This document shows positions 35,604 to 45,142 of a stretch of 64,000 nt of DNA, one piece after another. Location of the stretch: the NCBI GenBank assembly GCA_905215695.1, contig CAJMQN010000006.1, positions 60,726 through 124,725 of the forward strand, read 5' to 3'. A program made the position numbers and the translations under genes. The stretch comes from an uncultured bacterium. Lineage in GTDB: Bacteria; Bacillota; Clostridia; Christensenellales; HGM11417. The first letter of the stretch is position 1; the number at the start of each line of letters is the position of its first letter. The notes below the pieces were generated by a model. That model did no database searches. It was not told the DNA's origin and saw only the letters and a list, made by a program, of their open reading frames with translations.

Positions 35604-36529
35604 GACAGCGCACCTCCGAAGTCCTTTTCTTCCCGGTAATAGCTCATAAAATAATCCTCGAGAGTTTCTTTTCTGTGCCGGAAATCCCGGAGTTCTGCGC
35701 CCGCGGCGGCGCGCACAAGCGCATTGATATTGCTGTCGTCCACATTGACAAGCAGGGTAAGCGCATTTTCGTCGGCATCCGCGACGGAGAAGTCCCGGCA
35801 GTCTGCGTACTTTGTTCGGAATGTTTCATATGAAGTTCTATTCCGGAAACCGAGCTCGTAATTCTTGTTGGATTTGTGCCGCAGGTCGTCTGCGATAAAT
35901 TCGGAAACAATGCGTCCGTCCTTGATGATGGCAATGCGGTCGCAGGTCGTGTCCACTTCAGTGAAAATGTGGCTCGAGAGGAGAACGGTTTTGCCCCGCG
36001 CCTTCTCCCGTCGCACGAATTCGATAAAAATTTCTTGCATGACAGGGTCAAGACCGCTTGTAGGCTCGTCGAGAATGAGAATGTCAGGGTCGTGCATAAA
36101 CGCCGCGACAACGGCGAGTTTTCGCTTGACGCCCAAGCTCATGCGCTTTGTCTCTCCCGACGGGTCGAGTTCAAAGAGTTCGATGAGCTCATCGATTTGG
36201 GCGTCGCAGTCATGTTTCCGAAGCCCTTTCATCATGTCAAGGAATTCCCAACCCGTAAGTCCTGCGGGGAGCGCGATTTCGCCGGGAAGATAACCGACCC
36301 GGTCCATCACTTCCGCATAGTGGGGGAAACTTTCCTTTCCGAAGAGCGTAACGCTTCCCGCGTCGGGTTTTGAAAACCCCATCAGGTGCCGAATTGTAGT
36401 GGACTTTCCCGCGCCGTTCGGACCCAAGAATCCGAACACTTCACCCTCGTTGACCTCGAAGTTTACGTCGAAAACACCGCGCCCGTGTCCGTAGTCCTTG
36501 GTCAGGCATTCTACGCCGATCTGTTTCAA
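35594..36529 (-). CDS. ABC transporter ATP-binding protein (first NBD)
   Basis: Walker A GPNGAGKST, signature MSLGVKRK, Walker B ILILDEPTSGLD and H-loop SSHIF. It starts with TTG, 10 nt after aaggagg, and overlaps the next gene by 10 nt. Confidence 0.9.
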   Translation of the reverse strand: MKQIGVECLTKDYGHGRGVFDVNFEVNEGEVFGFLGPNGAGKSTTIRHLMGFSKPDAGSVTLFGKESFPHYAEVMDRVGYLPGEIALPAGLTGWEFLDMMKGLRKHDCDAQIDELIELFELDPSGETKRMSLGVKRKLAVVAAFMHDPDILILDEPTSGLDPVMQEIFIEFVRREKARGKTVLLSSHIFTEVDTTCDRIAIIKDGRIVSEFIADDLRHKSNKNYELGFRNRTSYETFRTKYADCRDFSVADADENALTLLVNVDDSNINALVRAAAGAELRDFRHRKETLEDYFMSYYREEKDFGGALSCR

Positions 36530-36568
36530 TATGTAGAACCTCCTTTTTGGAACAAAATAGTTTTTAGC

Positions 36569-36597
36569 TTTACACTTGTATAATTATATGCTATACT
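36569..36597 (+). promoter_or_regulatory. candidate sigma-A promoter for the TetR gene (divergent from the ABC operon)
   Basis: tttaca (36569-36574), a 17-nt spacer, then tatact (36592-36597). Confidence 0.45.
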
Positions 36598-36672
36598 GTA
36601 AAAAACGAAACGAAAAACGCGCATACATGCGCGGGGAAGTGTTTGAAAAGCATACAGAGGAGGCATTTTTGT

Positions 36673-37284
36673 ATGGAAAAGGAGCGCAGAGAGGACGTCC
36701 GTATCTTTAAGACAAAGCGGGACCTTCGGGCTGCGATGCTCCGGCTGTTGGAACGGGAAAGTTTCGGCAAGCTCAGCGTAAGTGATATCTGCGCCGAAGC
36801 GATGGTCAACCGCATGACTTTCTATAAGCATTACCAGGACAAATATGATCTTTTGAATGACCTGATATTGGAGGTCAAGCGTTCCATTGTGGCGCGCTGT
36901 GCCGAGACGGAACCCGGAGAAGCGATTGCGGAGGACCCTACGGGGTTTCTTTGCCGCATGATTGAAGCCGTAGCGGACGAGTGCTTGGAGCGCAAAAAGC
37001 TCATGACCTCGCTTGAAAACGACGAAGTAGTGCTCACTATGATTTCAACAACCATCGAAAAGGCGATGCGGGAGCTTTTGACCGCGCTTGACCGAAGGTA
37101 CCCGCTCCGATACCCGATCGACGCCTTGGCGGCGGCGGTGACGGGAGCGGCGTCCTTTCTCATTCGGTTTTGGCTCAATCATCAGCCCGAGAAATCAAAA
37201 GAGACCTTCCTTCTCGAGACGGGGAACTTTTTTCGGGATCTCATGAAGGCGGACGTACTCTTTCTTACTCCGCCGCAAATATAA
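36673..37284 (+). CDS. TetR/AcrR-family transcriptional regulator
   Basis: ATG at 36673 gives MEKERREDVRIFKTKRDLRAAMLRLLERESFGKLSVSDICAEAMVNRMTFYKHY, a TetR N-terminal HTH. It is divergent from the ABC exporter. Confidence 0.85.
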   Translation: MEKERREDVRIFKTKRDLRAAMLRLLERESFGKLSVSDICAEAMVNRMTFYKHYQDKYDLLNDLILEVKRSIVARCAETEPGEAIAEDPTGFLCRMIEAVADECLERKKLMTSLENDEVVLTMISTTIEKAMRELLTALDRRYPLRYPIDALAAAVTGAASFLIRFWLNHQPEKSKETFLLETGNFFRDLMKADVLFLTPPQI

Positions 37285-37315
37285 AAAAAGCCTTCCCAAG
37301 GAGGGAAGGCTTTTT
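37284..37315. terminator. bidirectional terminator between the TetR gene and the convergent oxidoreductase gene
   Basis: aaaaaa, gccttccc, loop aagga, gggaaggc, then ttttt. Confidence 0.7.
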
Positions 37316-37326
37316 AATTTATTGGT

Positions 37327-38394
37327 TCAGCGAATTTCGACCTCTCTGCCCATACGCGCGGACTCGTAGGCGGACTCGAGAATCTTCATGAGCAAGACGC
37401 CGTCCTCGGCGGGCGCTTTGACGGGCGCGCCGGTACGGACTGCGTTTAAAAAGTCGTCAATCTCCGCGCGGAAGGCGTCGTCGATGTCGAGCGCGGGATT
37501 GGGAACAGGGGAAACGTCAACAAGATAGCCGTTCTGTTCGGAGTAGAGGGTAAGTTTCGGTTCAAATTCAATACCCCCTTTGTCCCCGTACAGCGCGACC
37601 TCGGCGGAATCCCGTCCGTTTAAGCAAAAACTTGTCTCGACAGAGAGCACTGCACCGTTGTCGAATCGGATCAACGCGGTTGCAAAGTCTTCGACATTGT
37701 TGACCGTTTCAGACTCCTCAGTTTCGGAAAGATATCCCTTTTGAGAGAGTTTGAGCCCCGAACGATTGCCAAGCTTGTCAAAGGTTGCGGCGGAGACCGA
37801 GAGGGGGCGGGGGTTGCCCATGAGGTAGCGCAGAAGGTCGATGACATGGACGCCGAGGTCGATGAGAGGACCGCCGCCCGAGCGGGATCTGTCCCCGAAC
37901 CAACCGCCGGGATTGCCGTCCCTGCGGATATATTTCGCCTTTGCGAAATAGACCTCACCCAGAGCGCCGGCTTCCGCAAAATCCTTGGCAAATGCGCAGT
38001 CGCGCCCGAACCGCCGCACGAATCCCATGGCGAGAATTTTACCGTTTCGCTCTGCGGCGCGCAACATTTCCTCGGCTTGCGCGGCGTCCGTCGCCATCGG
38101 CTTTTCACAGAGCACGTGCTTGCCCGCGTTGAGCGCGGCGATGACGCAGGGCGCATGCGCGCTGTTCCAGGTGCAGACGGAAACCGCATCCAGTTCGGGG
38201 AGCGCGCACATTTCTTCTGCGCTCGTAAAGAGCCGGGTGATTCCGTAGGCTTTGCCTTTTTCTTCGAGCCGTTTTTTGTCGATGTCGCAGAAGGCGTACA
38301 GTTCGGCGTTCGGGTTGGCGCGGTAGGCAGCGATATGCATCTGCGAAATTCCACCGACGCCAATGATTCCGATTTTTAGCTTATCTTTCGTCAT
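37327..38394 (-). CDS. Gfo/Idh/MocA-family NAD(P)-dependent oxidoreductase
   Basis: ATG at 38394 gives [24 protein letters not shown] (Rossmann fold). It has the EKP motif in VLCEKPMA and a C-terminal alpha/beta domain. Its start overlaps the upstream stop (ATGA). Confidence 0.85.
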   Translation of the reverse strand: MTKDKLKIGIIGVGGISQMHIAAYRANPNAELYAFCDIDKKRLEEKGKAYGITRLFTSAEEMCALPELDAVSVCTWNSAHAPCVIAALNAGKHVLCEKPMATDAAQAEEMLRAAERNGKILAMGFVRRFGRDCAFAKDFAEAGALGEVYFAKAKYIRRDGNPGGWFGDRSRSGGGPLIDLGVHVIDLLRYLMGNPRPLSVSAATFDKLGNRSGLKLSQKGYLSETEESETVNNVEDFATALIRFDNGAVLSVETSFCLNGRDSAEVALYGDKGGIEFEPKLTLYSEQNGYLVDVSPVPNPALDIDDAFRAEIDDFLNAVRTGAPVKAPAEDGVLLMKILESAYESARMGREVEIR

Positions 38395-39242
38395 TTCAGT
38401 TTCTCCTCCAAAAAGCAAACGGCTCTTTTGATGTCCTCTTCGGGGGTATCGCCGCACTCGCGCTCGATTGTCAGAAAACCGTCATAGCCGATTTCCTTCA
38501 GCGCGCCGATGTACGCGCTCCAATCGACGCCGCCCTCGCCGAGCGGAACTTCCCGGAAACAAGCTTCTGCATTCTCGAGGGGGGACAGTCCGTAGTAGTC
38601 CGGGCAGTACAGCCTGCGCGTATCGAAGGGCTTAAACTGAATACCGTCTTTGGCATGCGTGTGGACAATATAGTCCCGAAGGGTATAGACCGCTTGAACA
38701 GGGTCGTCGCCTGCGCACATAACGAGATTCGCGGGGTCGAGGTTGACGGATACGCCCCTGCTCCCGAGTTTGTCGAGAAAACTCTTTAAAAACTCCGCTT
38801 TTTCGGGACCTGTTTCGACGGCAAACCGTCCTCCGACGGAGTCCGCAAATTCCGCGAGTTCCCGGCAGACCCGGTGCATACTCTCGTACTGCGTCGTGTT
38901 TTCGTCCTCGGGGACGACCCCGATGTGCGTGGTCACGATGGGAGTGCCGAGCTCCCGCGCGGTCTCTAACATGCGTTTTTCGTCCTCGATGAGCGCGCGG
39001 CACTCCTCGGGCTTGTAGTACATACGGCACCCGACGTCCCCGCAGAGCGCGGAGAAGACCAATCCCTCTCCCGAAACAATCCGCTTTGTCTCCGCAATTT
39101 CCGCGGAAGTCATGCGCGCCCGCAACACTTCGCCGTTGGCGTAGGTTTGAATACCCTGCGCGCCGAGCTTTGCTGCGAGTTTGACCGCCTCCGGGAAGGG
39201 GCGCCGGAAACTCTCCGTCATCGCACCGATTTTTAACATCAT
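38391..39242 (-). CDS. sugar phosphate isomerase/epimerase (xylose-isomerase-like TIM barrel)
   Basis: ATG at 39242 sits 8 nt after aggag. The 283-aa product has [25 protein letters not shown] and TIERE blocks typical of the AP-endonuclease-2/xylose-isomerase-like fold. Confidence 0.8.
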   Translation of the reverse strand: MMLKIGAMTESFRRPFPEAVKLAAKLGAQGIQTYANGEVLRARMTSAEIAETKRIVSGEGLVFSALCGDVGCRMYYKPEECRALIEDEKRMLETARELGTPIVTTHIGVVPEDENTTQYESMHRVCRELAEFADSVGGRFAVETGPEKAEFLKSFLDKLGSRGVSVNLDPANLVMCAGDDPVQAVYTLRDYIVHTHAKDGIQFKPFDTRRLYCPDYYGLSPLENAEACFREVPLGEGGVDWSAYIGALKEIGYDGFLTIERECGDTPEEDIKRAVCFLEEKLK

Positions 39243-39273
39243 AAACAAATCTCCTATCGGTCATTGGAAGGAG

Positions 39274-39310
39274 AAAAACCCCTTCTGCGGATATCATACC
39301 GCAAAAGGGG
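39274..39310 (-). terminator. intrinsic terminator after AraC regulator 1
   Basis: On the minus strand: ccccttttgcgg tatgatat ccgcagaagggg, then ttttt. Confidence 0.6.
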
Positions 39311-39350
39311 CGTCCGGTCTATGCAAAACACAAGAGATTCATCCCAAAAG

Positions 39351-40118
39351 TTAAGATTGTTCGTGCCGCCGCAACGCACGGTAAAAAGTATTGAGACTGT
39401 TAAAACCGCAGTCGGAAGCAATCTCAAGCACGGTTTCGGAACGGTTTGTGCTGTCGAGTCTAGCCTTGGCGCGTTGAAGCCGCAATCGGTTGACGTAATC
39501 CTTTAAGTGCATGCCGGTCACGCGGTTGAACATGGCGGAAAAATAATTTTTACTGTACCCGAACGCGGCGGCGAGTCCCTCGAGCGTGAGGCTTTCGGTT
39601 AAATGGTCCTCGATATATTGGAGAATAGGGGCGGCGGAGACTGCTTTGGGGTCAATTCTGCGCGTCGGCGGGTAAGCCTTCGCAAGCAGACCGAACAGAA
39701 AATTGATGAGTCCGTAATGCATGAGAAAGTCCGAATTTTCCCAATTCTCCTCGATGGTCCGAAACCATGCAAAAATGCGGTCGGTATAAGGTCCTCTCGG
39801 CAGGAAGTTCTCGAAGGTTGCAGAGTGAATGCTTAAAAATTTTTGGAGCGTGCTCTGTGAAATGGTGAGCACGAAATCCTCATTTCCGGGTGCGCAAAGG
39901 AAATCGTGAACATGGTAGCTTGGAATCACCGCAATTTCTCCCGCCGTGAGCACACGGGAATCGCCGTTGATAAAGACTTCGATTTGTCCCTGAATGACGC
40001 CTACGACTTCGGTTGCGAGGTGAAAGTGCGTATAACATTTTCCTCCGTAGCTGTGTTCAAAATAGAGATGGTCGGTCTCGTCTGAACGCTTGTCATAGAC
40101 TATGCCGCTCGTTTTCAT
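39351..40118 (-). CDS. AraC-family regulator with an N-terminal cupin domain (paralogue 1)
   Basis: MKTSGIVYDK.., cupin GEIAVIPSYHVH, and a C-terminal double HTH (LTLEGLAAAFGYSKNYFSAMFNRVTGMHLKDYVNRLRL..IASDCGFNSLNTFYRALR). An alternative upstream ATG lies at 40154. Confidence 0.85.
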   Translation of the reverse strand: MKTSGIVYDKRSDETDHLYFEHSYGGKCYTHFHLATEVVGVIQGQIEVFINGDSRVLTAGEIAVIPSYHVHDFLCAPGNEDFVLTISQSTLQKFLSIHSATFENFLPRGPYTDRIFAWFRTIEENWENSDFLMHYGLINFLFGLLAKAYPPTRRIDPKAVSAAPILQYIEDHLTESLTLEGLAAAFGYSKNYFSAMFNRVTGMHLKDYVNRLRLQRAKARLDSTNRSETVLEIASDCGFNSLNTFYRALRRHEQS

Positions 40119-40264
40119 TCCCTCCGAACCTCCTTTTTTTTCATCATATCCCAAACTTCTCCTGTTGTCAACCCTAAAATCGTAATTATTGACATATTTT
40201 AGCTTGTTTTTGGGTAGATTTTGCTCGTCCGGCGCGTTATGATAGGAATAGAATCAAAGGGGAA

Positions 40265-42070
40265 ATGGGAATGAGAGTCAACATTTCGGAACTGAACGGG
40301 GAATGCCTCGGCGCATTTTTTGAGACCTGTAGGTTCACGGGGCTCAAGCCTTCGCCGGAGGGTGTGGTTCTTCGTGCGGAAAAGAGGCTCGAACCCGGCG
40401 TTTGCGTTCGTCGGAGTGAAGAGGGGATTCTCATTCGCTATTCGGAGCTGTCTCTCTTTTGCCGTGCGCTCGGAAGACTTGAAGAGGAATGGGAGGAGAC
40501 TCCGGACTTTGGAACGCGTGCGGTCATGTTGGATATGAGCCGGAACGGCGTCATGACTCCCGAAGCGGCAGAGGATTTTGCGCGGAGCGCGGCTCTGCTC
40601 GGTTTCAATCGGATACAGTTCTATCTTGAAGATATTTACGAAGTGCCCGAAGAGCCCTACTTCGGCGCCCTGCGCGGTCGTTATACGCCGGAAGAAATCT
40701 CCCGTATCGAAGAGGTATCGCACAGGCTCGGGCTCGAACTGATGCCATGTATCCAAACACTCGCGCATTTCAACGCCCCCTTCAAGTGGTGGAGATATGC
40801 CGAGCGTATCGTGGATTGCGAGGACATTCTGCTCATGGACAGCGAGGAGAGCGATCTCTTCTTGCGTCATCTTATTTCGTCGATTGCGAGGATATTTTCT
40901 TCCCGAAATATTCATGTGGGCATGGATGAGGCGTTCCGCATGTGCTGTGGAAAATATCGCGCATTGCACGGGCGGCAGGACCCGGCGAAAGTCTTTTTCC
41001 GTCACCTTGAGAAGGTTTGCGCGCTATGCCAAGAGTTTGGCTTGAAGCCTGCAATTTGGAGCGACATGGCGTATGAGAGTGCGCAGGGAGAGCGAGTGGA
41101 ACTTCCGAAAAACCTCGCGCTCGTCTATTGGGAATATTCCTGCACCGAAGAAGAAAAGTATTTTGAAATTTTGAATCGGCATCGAATGCTCTTTGCAAAT
41201 GAGGTGCGCTTTGCGGGCTGTGCGCTGACCCATGCAGGCGTTGTGCCTGACAACGGGAACGCCTTCCGAACCGCTCCGCCCGCCGTCGCCGCCTGTAGGC
41301 GCGCGGGAGTGCGGGATGTGACGGTGACAATGTGGGGGGACGACGGGCAGGAGTGTTCGCGTTGGGCGGCAATACCCTCTCTCGTTCTTTGGGCGCAATT
41401 GCTCTGCGGCGGGGAAACGGAAGAGTCCGTTTTGACTCTCCGCGCGGCGCGCAGTTTCGGTGCGGAGTGGAAAAACTTTTCCGCAATCGATAAAATCTGG
41501 CGTTTTCGTAAAGGTGAACCCTTCAACACCGCGGCAAAGTATCTCCTTTACAACGACCCTCTGTTGGGAATTTTCGATTCGCTTGCGGGGGATGGGAGTT
41601 ACGCGAAACATTACCGCCGCACCGCCTCCGAATTGGCGGCAATCGTGGCGCGCGGCGGCAGATATTCCAAACTTTTCAACACCTATGCCGCGCTCTGCCG
41701 AGCGCTCGAGATGAAGTGCGACCTTGGCGTCCGTTTGAAGAATTGTTACGATGCGGGAAACAGGGTTGGTTTGGAGGCACTCCGCACGGAGCTTCCCGAG
41801 CTGCTCGACCGCTTGCGGGCGTACCGGGACGCGCACTATTTACAGTGGACGGAGGAGAATAAAATTTTTGGTTTTGAGACCATTGATTTGCGAATCGGGG
41901 GACTCTGCCGCAGAATTCAGACCCTCGGCGAACGACTGAACGGCTATTTGTCAGGCGCACTTGCGGAGCTTCCCGAGCTGAAGGAAGCGCGTTTAGACTT
42001 CACGGGGCACGGCGTTCCGAATACGTCAATGCCGACCTATCAGTATATGCCCACACCCGGCGTACTGTAA
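40265..42070 (+). CDS. GH20-like beta-N-acetylhexosaminidase-family protein (cytoplasmic)
   Basis: 601 aa with no signal peptide. The TIM-barrel start is RAVMLDMSRNGV, and HVGMDEA corresponds to the H-x-G-G-D-E catalytic Asp-Glu pair of GH20. The assignment is from motifs only. Confidence 0.6.
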   Translation: MGMRVNISELNGECLGAFFETCRFTGLKPSPEGVVLRAEKRLEPGVCVRRSEEGILIRYSELSLFCRALGRLEEEWEETPDFGTRAVMLDMSRNGVMTPEAAEDFARSAALLGFNRIQFYLEDIYEVPEEPYFGALRGRYTPEEISRIEEVSHRLGLELMPCIQTLAHFNAPFKWWRYAERIVDCEDILLMDSEESDLFLRHLISSIARIFSSRNIHVGMDEAFRMCCGKYRALHGRQDPAKVFFRHLEKVCALCQEFGLKPAIWSDMAYESAQGERVELPKNLALVYWEYSCTEEEKYFEILNRHRMLFANEVRFAGCALTHAGVVPDNGNAFRTAPPAVAACRRAGVRDVTVTMWGDDGQECSRWAAIPSLVLWAQLLCGGETEESVLTLRAARSFGAEWKNFSAIDKIWRFRKGEPFNTAAKYLLYNDPLLGIFDSLAGDGSYAKHYRRTASELAAIVARGGRYSKLFNTYAALCRALEMKCDLGVRLKNCYDAGNRVGLEALRTELPELLDRLRAYRDAHYLQWTEENKIFGFETIDLRIGGLCRRIQTLGERLNGYLSGALAELPELKEARLDFTGHGVPNTSMPTYQYMPTPGVL

Positions 42071-42083
42071 GCAATACGAAAAT

Positions 42084-42190
42084 GTGTACCTTTTCAAACG
42101 AAGTACGAGCAACAAAAAAAAGGTTCGTTTTAAATCAAAACAGACCAATGTGACATCTTTGGTTGTGTTACGAAAAGGTACGCCTTTCCG
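42084..42190 (+). promoter_or_regulatory. inverted-repeat intergenic element, copy 1 (RNA structure or paired operators)
   Basis: Left arm gtgtaccttttc (42084-42095) and right arm gaaaaggtacgc (42172-42183) are complementary, with an A-rich 76-nt interior. The right arm lies within a local hairpin gttacgaaaagg-tacg-cctttccgtaac. The same architecture recurs at 62242-62344. Confidence 0.4.
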
Positions 42191-42216
42191 TAACCGAAGA
42201 GACAAGAGGAGAAATT

Positions 42217-44226
42217 ATGGGAGCGCAGTGGATCTGGCACAGGAACGAATTTGAGTATGACCTTTACCGTAAGGTCATGGCACGCCGTCGGGAACAGGAC
42301 GTCCGAGCGAATCCGGGCTGGCTGATACCAGCCGTCTATCCGTACGTACGTTTTTTGAGGTATTTCAATTGCGAAGAGGACATTGAAGTATCTATCTGTG
42401 CGGAGGGAGAAATTTCTCTGCGCGTGGACAACGAACCGGACTTCCGTCATCATTTTTCGGGTACACTTTTTCTTCCCGCGGGCAGGCACGGCTTGCTTGT
42501 CGAAGTGTACAATCCAACCGGATTGCCCTGTCTGTTTGTAGAGGGAAAGGGCTGTGAGAGCGGTGCAGATTGGACGACCAACTGCGGAGCCGGTCCATGG
42601 CAGAAGGCGGCGTGTGGATTTTTCGACCCCGATCGGGGTCCTTCTTCCTACCGTCTCCCGATTCGTGAAAAAGATCCGGCGAGCATGGAGCGCACGCAAA
42701 ATCTTGTTGGGGAGTCGGGCAGACTCTTTCTGTTCGACCGAGAAATCTTCGCCTATCCCGTGCTTCGGGAGGTGCGGGGATGCGGCGTTCTTTCGGTTAC
42801 GTACGGAGAGAGCAGGGAAGAAGCGTTGGACGGCGAACATGCCGAACAGTCGGACCTGTTTCCCGTGCCCGAAAACGGAGGGAATATCATCGGTCCGCTC
42901 ACCAAAGCATTTCGCTACGTATTTGTACCGGACAGAGAGAAAATAGAATTTTCGGGCTTCTCCTGTCTTGAGGAATACTATCCCGTTCCCAACCGTTCGA
43001 AATTTCACAGCGCCGACGAATTGTTGAACCGTATCTACGAGGTATCCCTCTATACGCTTGAACTGACCTCCCGAGAATTTTTTCTGGACGGACTCAAGCG
43101 CGATCGCTGGGTGTGGGCGGGAGATACCTATCAGAGCGAAATGATGTGTCTCTATTCTTTCTATGACAGAGAAATCATCAAGCGTACTCTGCTTGCGCTC
43201 GCGGGAAAGGACTTCATTCGTCAGCACGTCAACGGAATCATGGACTATTCTTTCTACGTCATACTCGCGGTAGGGGATTATTACCGCTATACGGCGGACC
43301 TTGATTTTGTGAACGTCATCTATCCTCAACTTTGTAAACTCCTCAATTTCTGTCTGCACCGCCGCAATGAAAGGGGATTTATGCAGAAGGTCGGAGAAGA
43401 TTGGGTTTTTGTGGATTGGGCGGAATTTCCCACGGACGGTGAACTGTGCGCGGAACAAATCCTGCTCCTTGAGAGCCTGCGCCGCATGGCGGAACTTTCG
43501 GACCTGCTTGGCAAAGATGCCGAGGAGTGGCGCAAAACGGCGGAGACGCTCCGTCCGAAAATTGACGAGACATTTTGGTCGGAGAACGGGTACTGTCACG
43601 ATGAGCGCCGGGACAGCGTGACGCGATACGGCGGCATCTTTGCCGTTCTTTTCGGGCTTGCGGACGAGGAGAAAAGAGAAGTGATTCTGCGCCGTACCCT
43701 TTTAAACGAGGACGTACAGGCAATCAAGACTCCATATATGAAGTTCTATGAGATGTCCGCGCTCGCGGAGCTTGGCGCGCGCGGGGAGATGCTCGACTAT
43801 ATCAAGTCCTATTGGGGGAGCATGCTGAACGAGGGCGCAACCTCGTTTTGGGAGGAATACGACCCCAACGTTCGGGGGGCGGAAAAGTATGCCATGTACG
43901 GTCGAAGATTCGGAAAGAGTCTCTGCCACTCTTGGGGCGCAAGTCCGGTTTACCTTGTGGGAAGATACCTCGTCGGTTTGTCTCCCTGCGGGGCGGGATA
44001 CGAGCGATTTACGCTTTCGCCCTATTTGGACGGAAAGACGTTTTTCGAGTCCGAGCTCCCTGCCGGAGAAGGTTTTGTTCGGGTAAACTATTGCGCGGAA
44101 TCTCTCGAAGTATATTCGGACCGCGCGGACGGCACGCTGAAACTCGGAGACGATACCTATGAAATTTGTGCGGGGGAACCCTTCCGCCTCACATTCGGAA
44201 AAGGAGAAAAAAGCCTATGCAAATGA
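42217..44226 (+). CDS. cytoplasmic six-hairpin glycoside hydrolase, alpha-L-rhamnosidase-like (GH78-type), paralogue 2
   Basis: ATG at 42217 follows agaggag and gives MGAQWIWHRNEF. The motif GLKRDRWVWAGDTYQ matches the rhamnosidase six-hairpin domain signature (R-D-R..W-x-G-D). The stop overlaps the next start. Confidence 0.6.
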   Translation: MGAQWIWHRNEFEYDLYRKVMARRREQDVRANPGWLIPAVYPYVRFLRYFNCEEDIEVSICAEGEISLRVDNEPDFRHHFSGTLFLPAGRHGLLVEVYNPTGLPCLFVEGKGCESGADWTTNCGAGPWQKAACGFFDPDRGPSSYRLPIREKDPASMERTQNLVGESGRLFLFDREIFAYPVLREVRGCGVLSVTYGESREEALDGEHAEQSDLFPVPENGGNIIGPLTKAFRYVFVPDREKIEFSGFSCLEEYYPVPNRSKFHSADELLNRIYEVSLYTLELTSREFFLDGLKRDRWVWAGDTYQSEMMCLYSFYDREIIKRTLLALAGKDFIRQHVNGIMDYSFYVILAVGDYYRYTADLDFVNVIYPQLCKLLNFCLHRRNERGFMQKVGEDWVFVDWAEFPTDGELCAEQILLLESLRRMAELSDLLGKDAEEWRKTAETLRPKIDETFWSENGYCHDERRDSVTRYGGIFAVLFGLADEEKREVILRRTLLNEDVQAIKTPYMKFYEMSALAELGARGEMLDYIKSYWGSMLNEGATSFWEEYDPNVRGAEKYAMYGRRFGKSLCHSWGASPVYLVGRYLVGLSPCGAGYERFTLSPYLDGKTFFESELPAGEGFVRVNYCAESLEVYSDRADGTLKLGDDTYEICAGEPFRLTFGKGEKSLCK

Positions 44227-45131
44227 CCGCTGTCCGAAAGAAACCGGTGAATTGGCGGAGAGGAATCTTTTTGCTTGGAATGACCATTGTGCCCCTCCTG
44301 CATTTTCTTGTCTTTTACGTATATGTAAACTTCAATTCGGTGCTCATGGGGTTTCAGGTGTTGGAGGGCGGAGACCTCGTGTGGTCGCTCGAAAACTTTT
44401 CTCTCTTTTTCTCGCAGATTACGGACACTGAAACTATCATCTTTCAGGCGTTCGGCAACACGATGGTATTCTTTGCGGTACAACTTCTCGTCATCATGCC
44501 GCTGACCACCTTCATCGCGTACTTTATCTACAAACGCATACTCGGCTATCAATTTTACCGTATCATATTCTTTCTGCCGACCATACTTTCGACGGTTGTT
44601 CTGACCATTCTGTATTCCAATATTCTTGGCGTCAAGGGACCGATTGCCTGGCTCGTTCAGCGAATCGCAGGGACGCCCGTTCCACCGGAATTCTTTGCGG
44701 ACAGCCGCTACGCACTCTGGGCAATCGTGTTCTATGTCATCTGGACAGGGTTCGGAACAAATTTGATTTTGCTCGGCGGCGCAATGAACCGTATTCCCGA
44801 GGAGACCATCGAGGCGTCACGGTTGGACGGAGCCGGTCTCTTCCGGGAACTTTGGCAGATCATTTTGCCCATGGTCTGGCCGACGATGACCACGCTCATC
44901 GTGTTCACCTTTGTGGGAATCTTCACGACTTCCGGTCCGATTCTGCTCTTTACCAAGGGCAAATGGAACACCTACACCATCTCGTATTGGATCTTCGAAC
45001 AGGTCTATGCCAACAGCGGTCGCCCGGAGTACGCCTCTGCGGTGGGACTCGTGTTTACCGTGGTCGCGCTTCCCATCGTATTGGGCATAAAACGCCTCAT
45101 GGAACGCTGGCAGAGCGCCATTGAGTATTAG
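44217..45131 (+). CDS. carbohydrate ABC transporter permease (MalF/LplB-type)
   Basis: ATG at 44217 follows aaaggagaa. It has 6 TM segments and an EAA-type loop (EASRLDGAGLFRELWQIILP). Confidence 0.9.
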   Translation: MQMTAVRKKPVNWRRGIFLLGMTIVPLLHFLVFYVYVNFNSVLMGFQVLEGGDLVWSLENFSLFFSQITDTETIIFQAFGNTMVFFAVQLLVIMPLTTFIAYFIYKRILGYQFYRIIFFLPTILSTVVLTILYSNILGVKGPIAWLVQRIAGTPVPPEFFADSRYALWAIVFYVIWTGFGTNLILLGGAMNRIPEETIEASRLDGAGLFRELWQIILPMVWPTMTTLIVFTFVGIFTTSGPILLFTKGKWNTYTISYWIFEQVYANSGRPEYASAVGLVFTVVALPIVLGIKRLMERWQSAIEY

Positions 45132-45142
45132 GAGGAGGAAGT

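Noticed and set aside
40119-40264. Shared AraC-binding motifs in the two AraC/enzyme divergent regions (40119-40264 and 60044-60244).
   Set aside because: Only short words recur (GGGTAGA, TGTCAA(C/T)C), and they appear in a different order and spacing. That is insufficient to call operator sites.
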